Source: a bacterium (GTDB taxonomy: Bacteria; SM23-31). Taken from it: a stretch of DNA of 64,000 nt. The position numbers and the translations under genes are program-made. The notes beneath the pieces were generated by a model. The model made no database searches. It was not told the DNA's origin and was given only the letters and a program-made list of their open reading frames with translations. The stretch spans positions 1,792,001 to 1,856,000 of the forward strand of contig OZ252239.1 of assembly GCA_965249485.1 (NCBI GenBank), in the 5' to 3' direction. Position 1 is the first letter of the stretch; every line of letters starts with the position of its first letter. Positions 1 to 10,169 of this stretch are shown piece after piece.

Positions 1-156
1 ATTGATGTAAGTGATATTAAACCAGGAGATTCTAAAACCATGACTGTTTATTATCCTGCAGATTTTTCTCGAGTTACAGATACACGGTTAATTTATGCTA
101 CAATTAGAAACGATATTCCAGAAGACAAATATAAGATATTTAAAGAACTACAATAA
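1..156 (+). CDS. 3' end of a hypothetical protein running off the left edge
   Basis: Open frame from base 1 (IDVSDIKPGDSK...FKELQ) to TAA at 154-156. Confidence 0.4.
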   Translation: MDVSDIKPGDSKTMTVYYPADFSRVTDTRLIYATIRNDIPEDKYKIFKELQ

Positions 157-530
157 GAATATGGCAAATGACTTATTAAATTCTGGAATTTGGTGAATAT
201 TTCTTCTATGTAAAAAGGTCTTTTGGTTTCATGAGAAAGATATACATCAATCCCTGCATCATTATAATTGTTTAATTTCCTTTTTCTTCGATTATCCTCG
301 GTTTCATTACAAATATACATATCAACCCGGGGTCGTAAACCCCATCCTGCATCCAGCACTACAATTGTTAACGTGAGTATAAGACCGATTTCTAAAAATT
401 GAAAATTTTACAAACTGCGGAGGTTACCATGAGTACACAACCTTATGGGGATTTAGCAAAAATGCACTTGGTTTTACGGACAATTGACTGTTGAAGATAA
501 CTGCCCGGGTTGAGAACCACAAAAGAACAA

Positions 531-556
531 GGTTTGCAAAACGTCACACACGGTCC
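531..556 (-). repeat. Inverted variant copy of the cassette repeat core
   Basis: Reverse complement GGACCGTGTGTGACGTTTTGCAAACC differs by 1 nt from 54309-54334. Confidence 0.8.
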
Positions 557-913
557 ACTTTCTTTGAAAACTGCTTTAGTATCACTTCGAGGGTTCGAAG
601 GGCGTAGGTGCGATGCGTTGTGCGAAAGGCCCGCCTCACTACTGTTAGATTTTATTGCTGCAGGACATACATTTAAACACCCCCACTACTGTCACAGGTT
701 GTGGGTGTAGTGGGTCTGATTGTGCGACTTTTGGATGTATATTTCCGTTCAATGATGTGGGGCGGATGATTGTGCGGAATGTGAAATACATTGATATAGG
801 GCTGATTAGTGCGCAGTATATGTGTACAGGCTGAACTATTGATCTAACAGGCGGGAATGTATGAAGACGGAGCGGAGGATACATTTTGTTCCGGGAATAT
901 GCTATGCTATACT

Positions 914-2152
914 ATGAATGTTGATATAAATATCGATACAAGAGTATTCAATGACGCATATAGACCTTTTTTGGACGATGAAACACGGACGCAGATATTT
1001 TTCGGAGGTGCAAGCAGCGGTAAGTCGCTTTTCCTGATCGGACAGCGGATGATCATCGACCTGTTAAAGGGGGGCCGCAATTACATAGCAGCACGGAACG
1101 TGGCGACGACGCTCAGGACGTCAATATTCAACGAGGCGAAGAAGGGGATAGCGAGGTTCAACGCCGGGCGGTTGTTCAAGATCAAAGAGTCGGAGATGAC
1201 GATCACGTGCGTGAACGGGTACCAGGCGATACTCAAGGGGCTTGACGATGTACACAAGATTAAATCGATCACACCGGAGAAGGGTGTTATTACGGATATT
1301 CTGATCGAGGAGGCGTTCGAGACTTCGTATGAGGATATGAAGGAGCTCAAAAAAGGGCTGAGGGGAAAGTCGTCAGTACCGAAACGGATCACGTTCATAT
1401 TGAACCCGCTGCCACGAACAAACTGGATCTATAAGGAGTATTTCGCCGGGCGGTTCAGTGATGATGACAGGATGTACCGGGATGAGCATTTATTGATTTT
1501 CAAAACGACGTACAACGACAACAGGTTCCTCGAGGACGATGATATATACGAGCTTGAAAACGAGACAAATGAGTACTATTACAATGTGTACACACTCGGT
1601 AACTGGGGTGTGCTCGGCAAGGTTGTTTTCACGAATTGGAGAACGGACGATTTGACTGCCATCAGGAATGAGTTCGATCATTACCGGAACGGCCTCGATT
1701 TCGGGTTTACGAACAGCCCGGCCGCTCTGTGCAGGTCGAGCAAGCGTGACACGACTTTCTACATCACACACGAATATTACCGGCACGGCGTCGGAAACAA
1801 GACGATAGCGGACGATATACTGCCGATCGTGGGCAGGGACCATGTGTACTGCGATTCGGCAGAACCGAAATCAATCGCGGAACTGAGGGGGTACAATATT
1901 AACGCCGTCCCGGCTATCAAGGGGGCGGATTCTGTCCTGTACGGTATTCAGTGGCTGCATCAGTTCGATATTGTGATACACCGGGAACTTCAAAACACGA
2001 TCAACAATTTTCACCTCTACCAATGGAAGAAGAATAAGGATGGCGAGTATTTGAATGTTCCGGTTGACAAGGATAACCATATTCCCGACGCACTGCGGTA
2101 CAGTTATTCCGACGAGATGCGATCGACAAACCCCAAAGTGTGGTTTGCATGA
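914..2152 (+). CDS. terL: Phage terminase large subunit, PBSX family
   Basis: Walker A GGASSGKS, Walker B DILIEEA, nuclease motifs GLDFGF, DSAEPKSI, DNHIPDALRY; ATG at 914 preferred over 857. Confidence 0.93.
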   Translation: MNVDINIDTRVFNDAYRPFLDDETRTQIFFGGASSGKSLFLIGQRMIIDLLKGGRNYIAARNVATTLRTSIFNEAKKGIARFNAGRLFKIKESEMTITCVNGYQAILKGLDDVHKIKSITPEKGVITDILIEEAFETSYEDMKELKKGLRGKSSVPKRITFILNPLPRTNWIYKEYFAGRFSDDDRMYRDEHLLIFKTTYNDNRFLEDDDIYELENETNEYYYNVYTLGNWGVLGKVVFTNWRTDDLTAIRNEFDHYRNGLDFGFTNSPAALCRSSKRDTTFYITHEYYRHGVGNKTIADDILPIVGRDHVYCDSAEPKSIAELRGYNINAVPAIKGADSVLYGIQWLHQFDIVIHRELQNTINNFHLYQWKKNKDGEYLNVPVDKDNHIPDALRYSYSDEMRSTNPKVWFA

Positions 2153-2275
2153 GAGATACGTTTACCTAGATAACGTCGTTTGTGCTGTGGGCGGCATATA
2201 CGGTGTTGTTCGGGATGTACAGGGTAGGAATGGGTGAGACTGTTGTGTTAAAATATGATTTCTAATGAGATGGAA
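2131..2275 (+). repeat. Direct repeat copy 1: terL 3' end plus decayed small membrane ORF
   Basis: Aligns with 4089-4230 (PKVWFA-stop, then overlapping ATGA MRDTFT*ITSFVLWAAY). Confidence 0.9.
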
Positions 2276-2419
2276 CAAATAAGTAAATAAAAAGAATAGA
2301 GTTTTTAAAAAGCTTTAAAATATCTAAGGATATTTTAAAGAAAGTTTATAGTGCCTGCCTAACGTTTAAAGAGACATAAATGATAAGAACATTAAAAGTG
2401 AATTAGGTTAATACAAAAA

Positions 2420-3855
2420 TTAAAAGCCTGCTATAACATAATAAGTACCGGTTCCTCTTCCTAGTCTTTCCAAAAGACCAACTTTAATCAGTCTTTTTAT
2501 TTGACGTCTTGCATTACTAACATCTATATTAAAGTGTTTAGCAAAGTCAGAACTGGTAAATCTTGATTGTTTCACAATAAAGTCTAAATATCCGATTTGT
2601 CTTGTGTCAAGTCTTGCTTTAAACTCAGGTGCAATTTGAATCTCACCTATTTCACGATCACGGCTAAAGAAAGTGACAACAAAATAACCCTCACTATATT
2701 CAAATTCTGGTGCTCCAAGACCATGATCAATTAATAAATCATGCATTTTTTTAAGCCCCCAACCACGCTCTTCCATTAATTTCATTTCGCTTAATGTGGT
2801 TGCAATTCGAGGATTCCTACTAAAGGGCTCAACTTTGAAAGAACGAATTTTTTCAAGTGTTAAAGGTGGTAGAGGCAACCCAGGACTTTTTATGCAGAGT
2901 CTATCATCAAAAAGTTGCACTCTTACTTTAGCGCCTTCATTATAATCTCTATGAGCAATGGCATTGATTAAGGCTTCTCTGATTGCTTCCCATTGATAAT
3001 TATTCGATGTTTCATATAGGATGTAAGAAAGGGTTTAACTAAATATTCTATTAATAATAAAGGGCCTTTTACATCTTTTGAATCAGTTGCATCACCTTTA
3101 TGTGCTTCCATTTTTATTATACTCTGTGGTAAGAAAATGCTAGGATCTTTGCCGAAAAGTAAAATTCCTGCAAGAGTAGGAATACTTTCTTTTGATAAAT
3201 ATCCTTTTCTATACAGTAATTCATTCATTTCCGGAGAATGAATATTAGCGGTTAATCCTGAATAAGCACTATACCTTCGCAACATGTCTTCCGAAAAATC
3301 ATCTCGAGTAGACGCTTCGATAATCATTTTTTCTAAATCGGAAGTTTCTTCAAGAATATGATATTTGTCCTTGATTTGCTCATTTTTTTGATAGTATTTT
3401 ATAAAATCTTTATTCTCTTCATTAATTATTTTTACTAAATCGTCATCAAAAAACTTAACTTCAATATTATGTTTTCTTAAATAAGATATCCCATGACCTT
3501 CTATTTCGGGATTTGGATCGATTATTCCAACTACAACCTTCGAAATTCTTGCATTCCCAATCCTTTCAGCACATGGTTTTTTGGGAGGTTGTCGATATGT
3601 ACATGGTTCAAGTGTGACGAAAAGGGTAGATCCTTCCAAATCTTTATTTCCAAGTAATCTTTCAATTAGGGTATATTCCGCATGATCGCCTTCTCTGAGA
3701 CCTCCTATATGTGTTTTATCGAGTACCTCTCCTTTTGCATTTACCAGAACAGCACCAACTAACGGATCAATTTTATTTGTATGCTCAGATCGAGATTTTT
3801 TCATTTCAGAAATCGCAAGTTCCATGTATTTACGGTCATCGGTATTTTCGGCCAT
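2420..3855 (-). pseudogene. Zn-dependent deaminase (RibD-like) fused to HATPase_c_4/RecG-C-like domain and wHTH; frameshifted near 2990
   Basis: HAE and LEPC..PC deaminase motifs; alternate frame reads WEAIREALINAIAHRDY into ORF 2420-2920 (SRNPRIA, EERGWGL, GRGTGTYY). Confidence 0.8.
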
Positions 3856-4088
3856 TTACTATTTTCCTAAAATTATTAAAATAATAATTGATTAGATTTA
3901 GATCATTAATATATTGTGATTTGTTTTTTTATTTTAAAGATGGTTTTATTAATTGATAATATTTTGACTGATAAAGTTATTAAATGTACAAATACTTTTT
4001 AATTATTAAAGAAAATTTTCAATTTTAATGACATTTTTTCACGATTTTTAATACAAATTTCTTTTGAATGAGATAGTTAGTTTTTGAT

Positions 4089-4230
4089 CCCAAAGTTTGG
4101 TTTGCATGAGAGACAGGTTTACCTATATAACGCTGTTTGTGCTATGGGCGGCGTATTTGGTGTTGTTCGGCATGTAATAGGAAGGAATAGGTGAGGTTTG
4201 TTGCGTTAAGATATGTGTTTTAATGATGGA
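4089..4230 (+). repeat. Direct repeat copy 2: second terL 3' end remnant
   Basis: GATCCCAAAGTTTGGTTTGCATGAGAGACAGG encodes DPKVWFA-stop, then MRDRFTYITLFVLWAAYLVLFGM. Confidence 0.9.
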
Positions 4231-4303
4231 ATGAATATTTTAAAAGAAACTGGTTGGAGAAAAGGAACGATTACTAGTATTTTAGATAAACTTAGATGAA
4301 CTT

Positions 4304-5480
4304 CTATGTATCCCACACTTTTGAGCCATAATTAAGATTAAATAGTTGAATGTGACCGCAGTAAGAACATGTGAATTCATTCAATGGTTCACCGTGGATA
4401 ATAGGATCGAATCCAACTGGTTGTTTATGATGTTTGTGATTCTTTCCGGTATACAATAAATATTCACCTACTCCACATACAAGACAAAAACGCTTCATGT
4501 TGGTATTTAACAGACTTCCGCCCCGATCAAGAATGCTAATATATTTGTTTACTTCTGCAAGCAGTTCGGTTGCGCTAGGCAGACAATATTTTTCATATTC
4601 TATAACACACTTACTAAACAATTCATTTGCAATTAACATTTCTGGTTTATCGGGAAATATTTCTAATAAATTCATTTCAGGATATACAGAATCATTGAAA
4701 TAATGATTTCTTAAATATGATTTACCTGAAACCATTGACCATAGTACCTTACCTATAGTATACACATCAAAAGTAGGTTTTATATCTTCAATCTTCCCTG
4801 TTGCCCATGCTGGCATCCAATCCCTACTACCTACATTTTCATATGAATCGGTAGGTCTCGAGTAATCATCTGCTTCATTAATAATAAGACCAAAATCACC
4901 AAGTATTAATTCCCCATTTGATGATACAAGTATATTTTGAGGTTTAATATCTCTGTGAACATACTTTTTTTCGTGTTTATGTAGTTGTGTTACACCATCA
5001 ATTAGAGGTCTAATTGCTTTAAGTGCACCTATAAGATTTCCTTTAAACATATTTGGATAATTGCTCAACGGTCCTTCTAGGATGATATTCCGAAACAAAC
5101 CATTTTCCTTCAGGATCATGATCTCTTAATTTAAGTAAATTTGGATGATCAATGTCTGCCATAGCTTGAATTTCATTTTTTATTCTCACTTCTTGTGCTT
5201 CTGGGTTTACTGCTTCAGAGATATCGTTAAGGAACTTTAAAGCAAAATGATTTTTTGAGTCTATATTTTGAGAAACGTGAACAATGAACTTCTTAATATA
5301 CTGAAACTCATCTGAAGATCCGGATCGAATATTCATAAGTGAGTTTCTCAAGTTTTTTGCTTGTAGGTCTTCATTATCAAGCTTAGATTTTTCACGAACA
5401 AGATAAACTGTCCCTTGCGCCCCTTTACCAAGCGGATTGTCTGGATCAAAATTAGTCCATTTACTAGAGTATTCCATCAT
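4304..5480 (-). pseudogene. Hanks-type Ser/Thr protein kinase with C-terminal Zn ribbon; frameshift near 5075
   Basis: LGKGAQGTVY, ALK and HPNLL in ORF 5043-5480; HRDIKPQN, DFG and CLVC..CSYC in ORF 4304-5119. Confidence 0.88.
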
Positions 5481-5542
5481 TTCCTCCTAATATTAAACTT
5501 GAACGCAAATGGCAAATTAGAAATATCTCAGAGATGAGAAGA

Positions 5543-6160
5543 TTAGTCTCTGTCTATTCCCAAATAAAATTTTAAGCTATTTTTAACTTCATCAATTCCA
5601 TATTCAATGCGATCTTCAAAGTGCATAGGTTCAATAATTAATTGGTATTTATCAAATATCTCACATAGAATATCAATTGAATCATATAATGATTGTATAA
5701 TAGGGGTATTAATATTCTTTACTATTTCGGATTCTTGATCTGTACTATGAGCATAACTATGTGTAGCGAACTTACAAATATCTTTGATACACTTTAACTT
5801 TGTTATTTTTTGAATGTCAATATCAATTTCATAATCTAAAAATGGTTGCGATTCTATTGCTCTATTAGTGTTATCCTTTTTAATATCATTCAGCATATTT
5901 AGAAGAGAATTATTGTTTTTTTTATTCTCTGTTAATCTTCGTATTGCGATACCACCGTACCCAGAAAATCCATAATAAAGCATATATCTACCAAGGATAT
6001 CATCATATTGCTTGGGCAACTCGAGTTCTTTGTTAACGATCTCAATATATTCATTATAAATATTTTTCATAAGAAATAAAACTTTGAATTCACCAAATAA
6101 TCTGTAGTACTTTTTATGATATAAATTTACGAAATGATCACCATAGTATTTATCTTTCAA
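5543..6160 (-). CDS. AbiU2/HEPN-like protein
   Basis: IRRLTE..SLLNMLNDI pattern and degenerate KFATHSYAH at the HEPN motif position. Confidence 0.55.
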   Translation of the reverse strand: MKDKYYGDHFVNLYHKKYYRLFGEFKVLFLMKNIYNEYIEIVNKELELPKQYDDILGRYMLYYGFSGYGGIAIRRLTENKKNNNSLLNMLNDIKKDNTNRAIESQPFLDYEIDIDIQKITKLKCIKDICKFATHSYAHSTDQESEIVKNINTPIIQSLYDSIDILCEIFDKYQLIIEPMHFEDRIEYGIDEVKNSLKFYLGIDRD

Positions 6161-6489
6161 TTTGAATCCTCTCTAAATTACTGCTTCAACTTGACGCAAT
6201 TGTTCATCCGTTTTTATTACATCAGTAATTATATTTCCGCTAAACAATCAATGATCCGCTTAACTTGAGGGCGGATAAAGGGAGTGACGCCTTCCCTAAT
6301 CGACGGGTGAAAATGTTAGAATATGAAAACCGCAAACTATACGTGAACATGGGCACAATGTAATTCTGGTACGATTGAGAGTAATGATAAAGTCACTTAG
6401 GTTGTATTGTTTGTTCTTGATTCTTCTCAATAAGGAAAATATTGAATCAGGAGTGGTAAGTTAAAAGAAGTCAAATTTATTTAATATTA

Positions 6490-7236
6490 TTATATACCTT
6501 GCCAGCCAGATCGCATTTGTATAAATGTTTCAACTATATTCTTAATCGATTGGTTTATGCTATCAAGAATTAAATTAAAATTATTTTGAAATACATCGGC
6601 TGATACTTTTTCTTGGAGAGATCTGTAATATTCTTGTGCCGCAGCATCTGCAAAATAAAAACGCTGTTCACTCATTTGATTGCCGCGAGAAATCAATGGT
6701 TTATTTTCAATATCGATAAATTTTCTCCGGTAACCTTTAAATAATTTATCCTTATCATAATGACTTGCAATTTTATTTCTAATCATTAGAAAAGCTTTGC
6801 CAAGAGGTGTTTTATTATCCGCACCTTCATTGGCATAATGTATAATTATTCCCCATAGCTCTCGATTTTGGGCACGTACGTGCTTGATTATCTCAATAAA
6901 TCTTTCAGATTCAACTACATCTTTTGAATCTCTAATTAGATTAAAAAGCTCATGTATAAGAGCAATCAACATTTTTTCTACGTAATTCTTTATTCTAGAT
7001 GTTTCACCCCACATAGGAGTAACTGGCGTATCTTCCGGCTTATCAGGTTTTTGATCTTTTGGTTCAATTGACCTAATGTATTCATAATATAGCCATAGAT
7101 TTTTTGTATCATTCCATATTAAAGAAAGAGCTAAAATAAAATTTCATAGCTTCTGGCTATTTTTTTCGTTACCTAAAAATGCTTCTTTTTCAAATGCTTC
7201 CAATGGTCTAAGTTTTGCGATACTTTCGGAAATCAT
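6490..7236 (-). pseudogene. HEPN-like RNase with in-frame TGA at 7144-7146
   Basis: Rx5H motif RNKIASH; the frame extends upstream (MISESIAKL...SQKL*NFILALSLIWND) past one stop. Confidence 0.65.
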
Positions 7237-7314
7237 ATCTTTTCTTATTTCTATCCTTTATCGTTTATTATATTTATATCCTTTTTTGCCATTTTGTTAA
7301 TTATTATATGAATA

Positions 7315-8670
7315 TTACCTCTCTGCAGAATGGTGTTCTTTCATCACTATTGATACTTTGTGAATAAGAAAAAAGATTGAAATTACATTAGCGGTGATCA
7401 GTATGGCATTAAATAGGTCACCGACGCTCCAGATTGTTTCAACCTTGATAAAACCAATAGCAATCATACTACAGAATCCAACGCGGTAGTATTTTTTGGT
7501 TCGTGATCCAAACACATATGAAAAACATTGCTCTCCGTAGAAACACCATGCGAGTAAGGATGATAATCCAAAGAGAAACGATGATACAAAGACGATATAC
7601 CCCCCATAATGACCATATAGTGTTTGAAAAGCTGACGTTGTGAGGGCACTGCTCGTTGTACCCATTGTCCATACACCGGTAATGAGAATCGTCAACGCAA
7701 CTAATGTCGATACTACGGTATCAATAAATACTCCGAACATTCCGATAAGACTCTGCTCGTGAATATTATCTACTTTAGCGGCACTGTACATCATGGGTTG
7801 ACTTCCTGATCCTGCTTCATTCGAATAAAAACCACGAGCTACTCCATACCGTAAAGCATACATTATCGAAGCACCCGCAAATCCACCTGTCGCACTGGCA
7901 GGTGTAAATGCTTTCTCAAAGACTAATGTGATAGTCGCGACAAGCAGATCAATGTTAAACACGATTAATATTGATCCCATGACCATGAACATGAGGACCA
8001 TAAATGGTGTAATCTTTTCTAACGCCCGTGCAATTGACCATATCCCGCCGATTGTAATAATGAAGGTTAACATGGCAAGGAGCGCACAAACCGGCAATAA
8101 CGGCGGCATCCATTCCGGTACCCATGAGAAATCAAATGCTGAATATGCGGCAAGTGAGACGGAATTTGACTGCATTGTCGTCGTTCCAAAAAGGGCTTTG
8201 AACGCCACCGCCAATGCATATATGACCGCAAGCCATTTGAGTTTGAGTACTTTTTGGATATAATACATGGGACCGCCGGAATAGGTGCCGTCAGAGCTTT
8301 TTTCACGGCTCATCAAAGCAAGTAATGTCTCAGAGTATACTATAATCATTGCGATGAACGAAGCAACCCACATCCAAAATAGTGCTCCCGGCCCACCTAA
8401 ATAAATTGCAGTTGGAATTCCGGCTAACGTTCCGTTTCCTATTATGCCACCTAAAGCTCCAAAGAGCGACTGACGCGGGGTTATATTTCCTTCTCCTGAT
8501 CCCGTATGTTTTGTAAATGTGAGTTTTGCCGCTTCAAAGAATTTTGTAAATTGTATTCCTTTCAAATGAACGGTGAAATATATACCGGCTATGCAGAGTA
8601 GAATCAGCATCTGAGGACCCCATAGCCATGTAGCGATACTTTGGATGGATTCTGCGAAGATGTTACTCAT
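7315..8670 (-). CDS. Alanine/glycine:cation symporter (AGCS family)
   Basis: GGPGALFWMW, GGPMYYI, RGFYSNEAGSGS and many TM segments. Confidence 0.93.
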   Translation of the reverse strand: MSNIFAESIQSIATWLWGPQMLILLCIAGIYFTVHLKGIQFTKFFEAAKLTFTKHTGSGEGNITPRQSLFGALGGIIGNGTLAGIPTAIYLGGPGALFWMWVASFIAMIIVYSETLLALMSREKSSDGTYSGGPMYYIQKVLKLKWLAVIYALAVAFKALFGTTTMQSNSVSLAAYSAFDFSWVPEWMPPLLPVCALLAMLTFIITIGGIWSIARALEKITPFMVLMFMVMGSILIVFNIDLLVATITLVFEKAFTPASATGGFAGASIMYALRYGVARGFYSNEAGSGSQPMMYSAAKVDNIHEQSLIGMFGVFIDTVVSTLVALTILITGVWTMGTTSSALTTSAFQTLYGHYGGYIVFVSSFLFGLSSLLAWCFYGEQCFSYVFGSRTKKYYRVGFCSMIAIGFIKVETIWSVGDLFNAILITANVISIFFLIHKVSIVMKEHHSAER

Positions 8671-8679
8671 AGATTTCTC

Positions 8680-9969
8680 TTATATATTTGTTACACTTCC
8701 TGCTAAGGATCGAAACCGATTAATATCGAGAAGAGTTATATCAAACGCAGGCTTCTCATGAGTGGTAATTTGGGCGGTGATCTCGCCGGTGACCGGACCA
8801 AGTGCCATTCCGATCATGCCATGCCCCGATGCGATCGTTACATTGGTGAAATTATTCAATCTCCCAAGCACGGGCAAACTGTCCGGAGTAAGCGGCCGTA
8901 ATCCACACCACGCGTCCCGGATACACTGTTCCGGAATTGTGATCCCCGGCAGATATTCCAAAACATTCCTGACCATTGCGTCAACACGCCGCCTGTTTAC
9001 CGTGAGGTCCATACCGGCAAGCTCAAGCGTTCCACCGATTCTCAACGTGTCATTCATCGGGGTAACGATAACTTTACTTTCGGACAGATAAACCGGAAAA
9101 TCAGGCGCATTCGGCGGTCGCGGGATTGTCAGGCTATATCCTTTGGCAGGTTGTATCGGCACGTTATAATTCAAGTGTTTCGCAATACCGGCTGACCATG
9201 CTCCTCCGGCAATAACAATCTCATCAGCTTCAAGTTCACTCCGATCCGTTTTAATCACGGTGATCGTACCATTCTGTTGATCAAATCCGAGAACTTCGGT
9301 TGAAGTCCTGATCTGAACTCCGTTCGATTCGCAGATTTGAGCGAGTTCTTTTACGAAACGGTGTGGTATTATGTGGGCGTCCCGTGGAAAATATATTCCT
9401 CCGTGAATCGTCATTTCCATTTCCGGTACGATGTTTTTTAATGACTCACCCTGCACCACGTCAAATTCGATCCCGAGTGTACGGAGCTTTTCATACTCAT
9501 TAAGAGCAGACTGAAATCCATGTTCAGATCGGCATGCAAGTAACATTCCTTTACGATCAAATATAGTGGGATCGCTCAATGCCGGGGATATCTCGTTAAA
9601 ACGCTTTAAACTTTCCAATTTCAATGTGTGGATCAGTTTTATTGCACGGATGAACCGCTCTTTATCTACAGATGCACGGTAAAATTGCCACAGCCACAAA
9701 AACAGCCCGATACTTAACCGGGGTTTTATATAAAACGGGCTTTCCGGATCGAGAAGCCACTTAATTCCCTGAGATATGACGCCCGGTTTTGCCAACGGCA
9801 TGCTCAGACTTGGCGCTACGAGCCCCGCATTACCGTACGAAGAACCTGAACATATTTCACTCTTTTCAATCAGAGTGACACGTGCTCCTTTTTTTGACAG
9901 GTAGTATGCCGTACAAACGCCGATGACGCCACCGCCGATAATTACCACATCCGGTCTGTTTTTCATCAA
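8680..9969 (-). CDS. FAD-dependent D-amino acid dehydrogenase (DadA-like)
   Basis: GGGVIG, GSSYGNAG, WCGLRPLTPD, GHGMIG. Confidence 0.88.
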   Translation of the reverse strand: MMKNRPDVVIIGGGVIGVCTAYYLSKKGARVTLIEKSEICSGSSYGNAGLVAPSLSMPLAKPGVISQGIKWLLDPESPFYIKPRLSIGLFLWLWQFYRASVDKERFIRAIKLIHTLKLESLKRFNEISPALSDPTIFDRKGMLLACRSEHGFQSALNEYEKLRTLGIEFDVVQGESLKNIVPEMEMTIHGGIYFPRDAHIIPHRFVKELAQICESNGVQIRTSTEVLGFDQQNGTITVIKTDRSELEADEIVIAGGAWSAGIAKHLNYNVPIQPAKGYSLTIPRPPNAPDFPVYLSESKVIVTPMNDTLRIGGTLELAGMDLTVNRRRVDAMVRNVLEYLPGITIPEQCIRDAWCGLRPLTPDSLPVLGRLNNFTNVTIASGHGMIGMALGPVTGEITAQITTHEKPAFDITLLDINRFRSLAGSVTNI

Positions 9970-10125
9970 ACTATTCCTTATGAAGGTTCACTCCAACCAC
10001 GCGACCAGAGCATTGAACCAGGATCTCGTATGCATTCAATCCCATTAACGTTGTTAAGCATTTTGTTTTATGTTGTAAGAGGAGGACGGGCGGTTGTGTT
10101 GAAATCTATGAGATACATTTGACTA

Positions 10126-10168
10126 TTTCAAGTCTTATCTGCTTCGGCGGATGTGCGATTTGCGAAGC
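10126..10168 (+). repeat. Cassette repeat copy
   Basis: TTTCAAGTCTTATCTGCTTCGGCGGATGTGCGATTTGCGAAGC; abuts the stop codon at 10170. Confidence 0.8.
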
Positions 10169-10169
10169 T

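Noticed and set aside
2131..4230. Diversity-generating retroelement TR/VR pair
   Set aside because: Differences are not confined to adenines and no reverse transcriptase is present.
857..7236. Intact prophage
   Set aside because: Only terL is recognisable; there are no portal, capsid, tail or integrase genes in the window.
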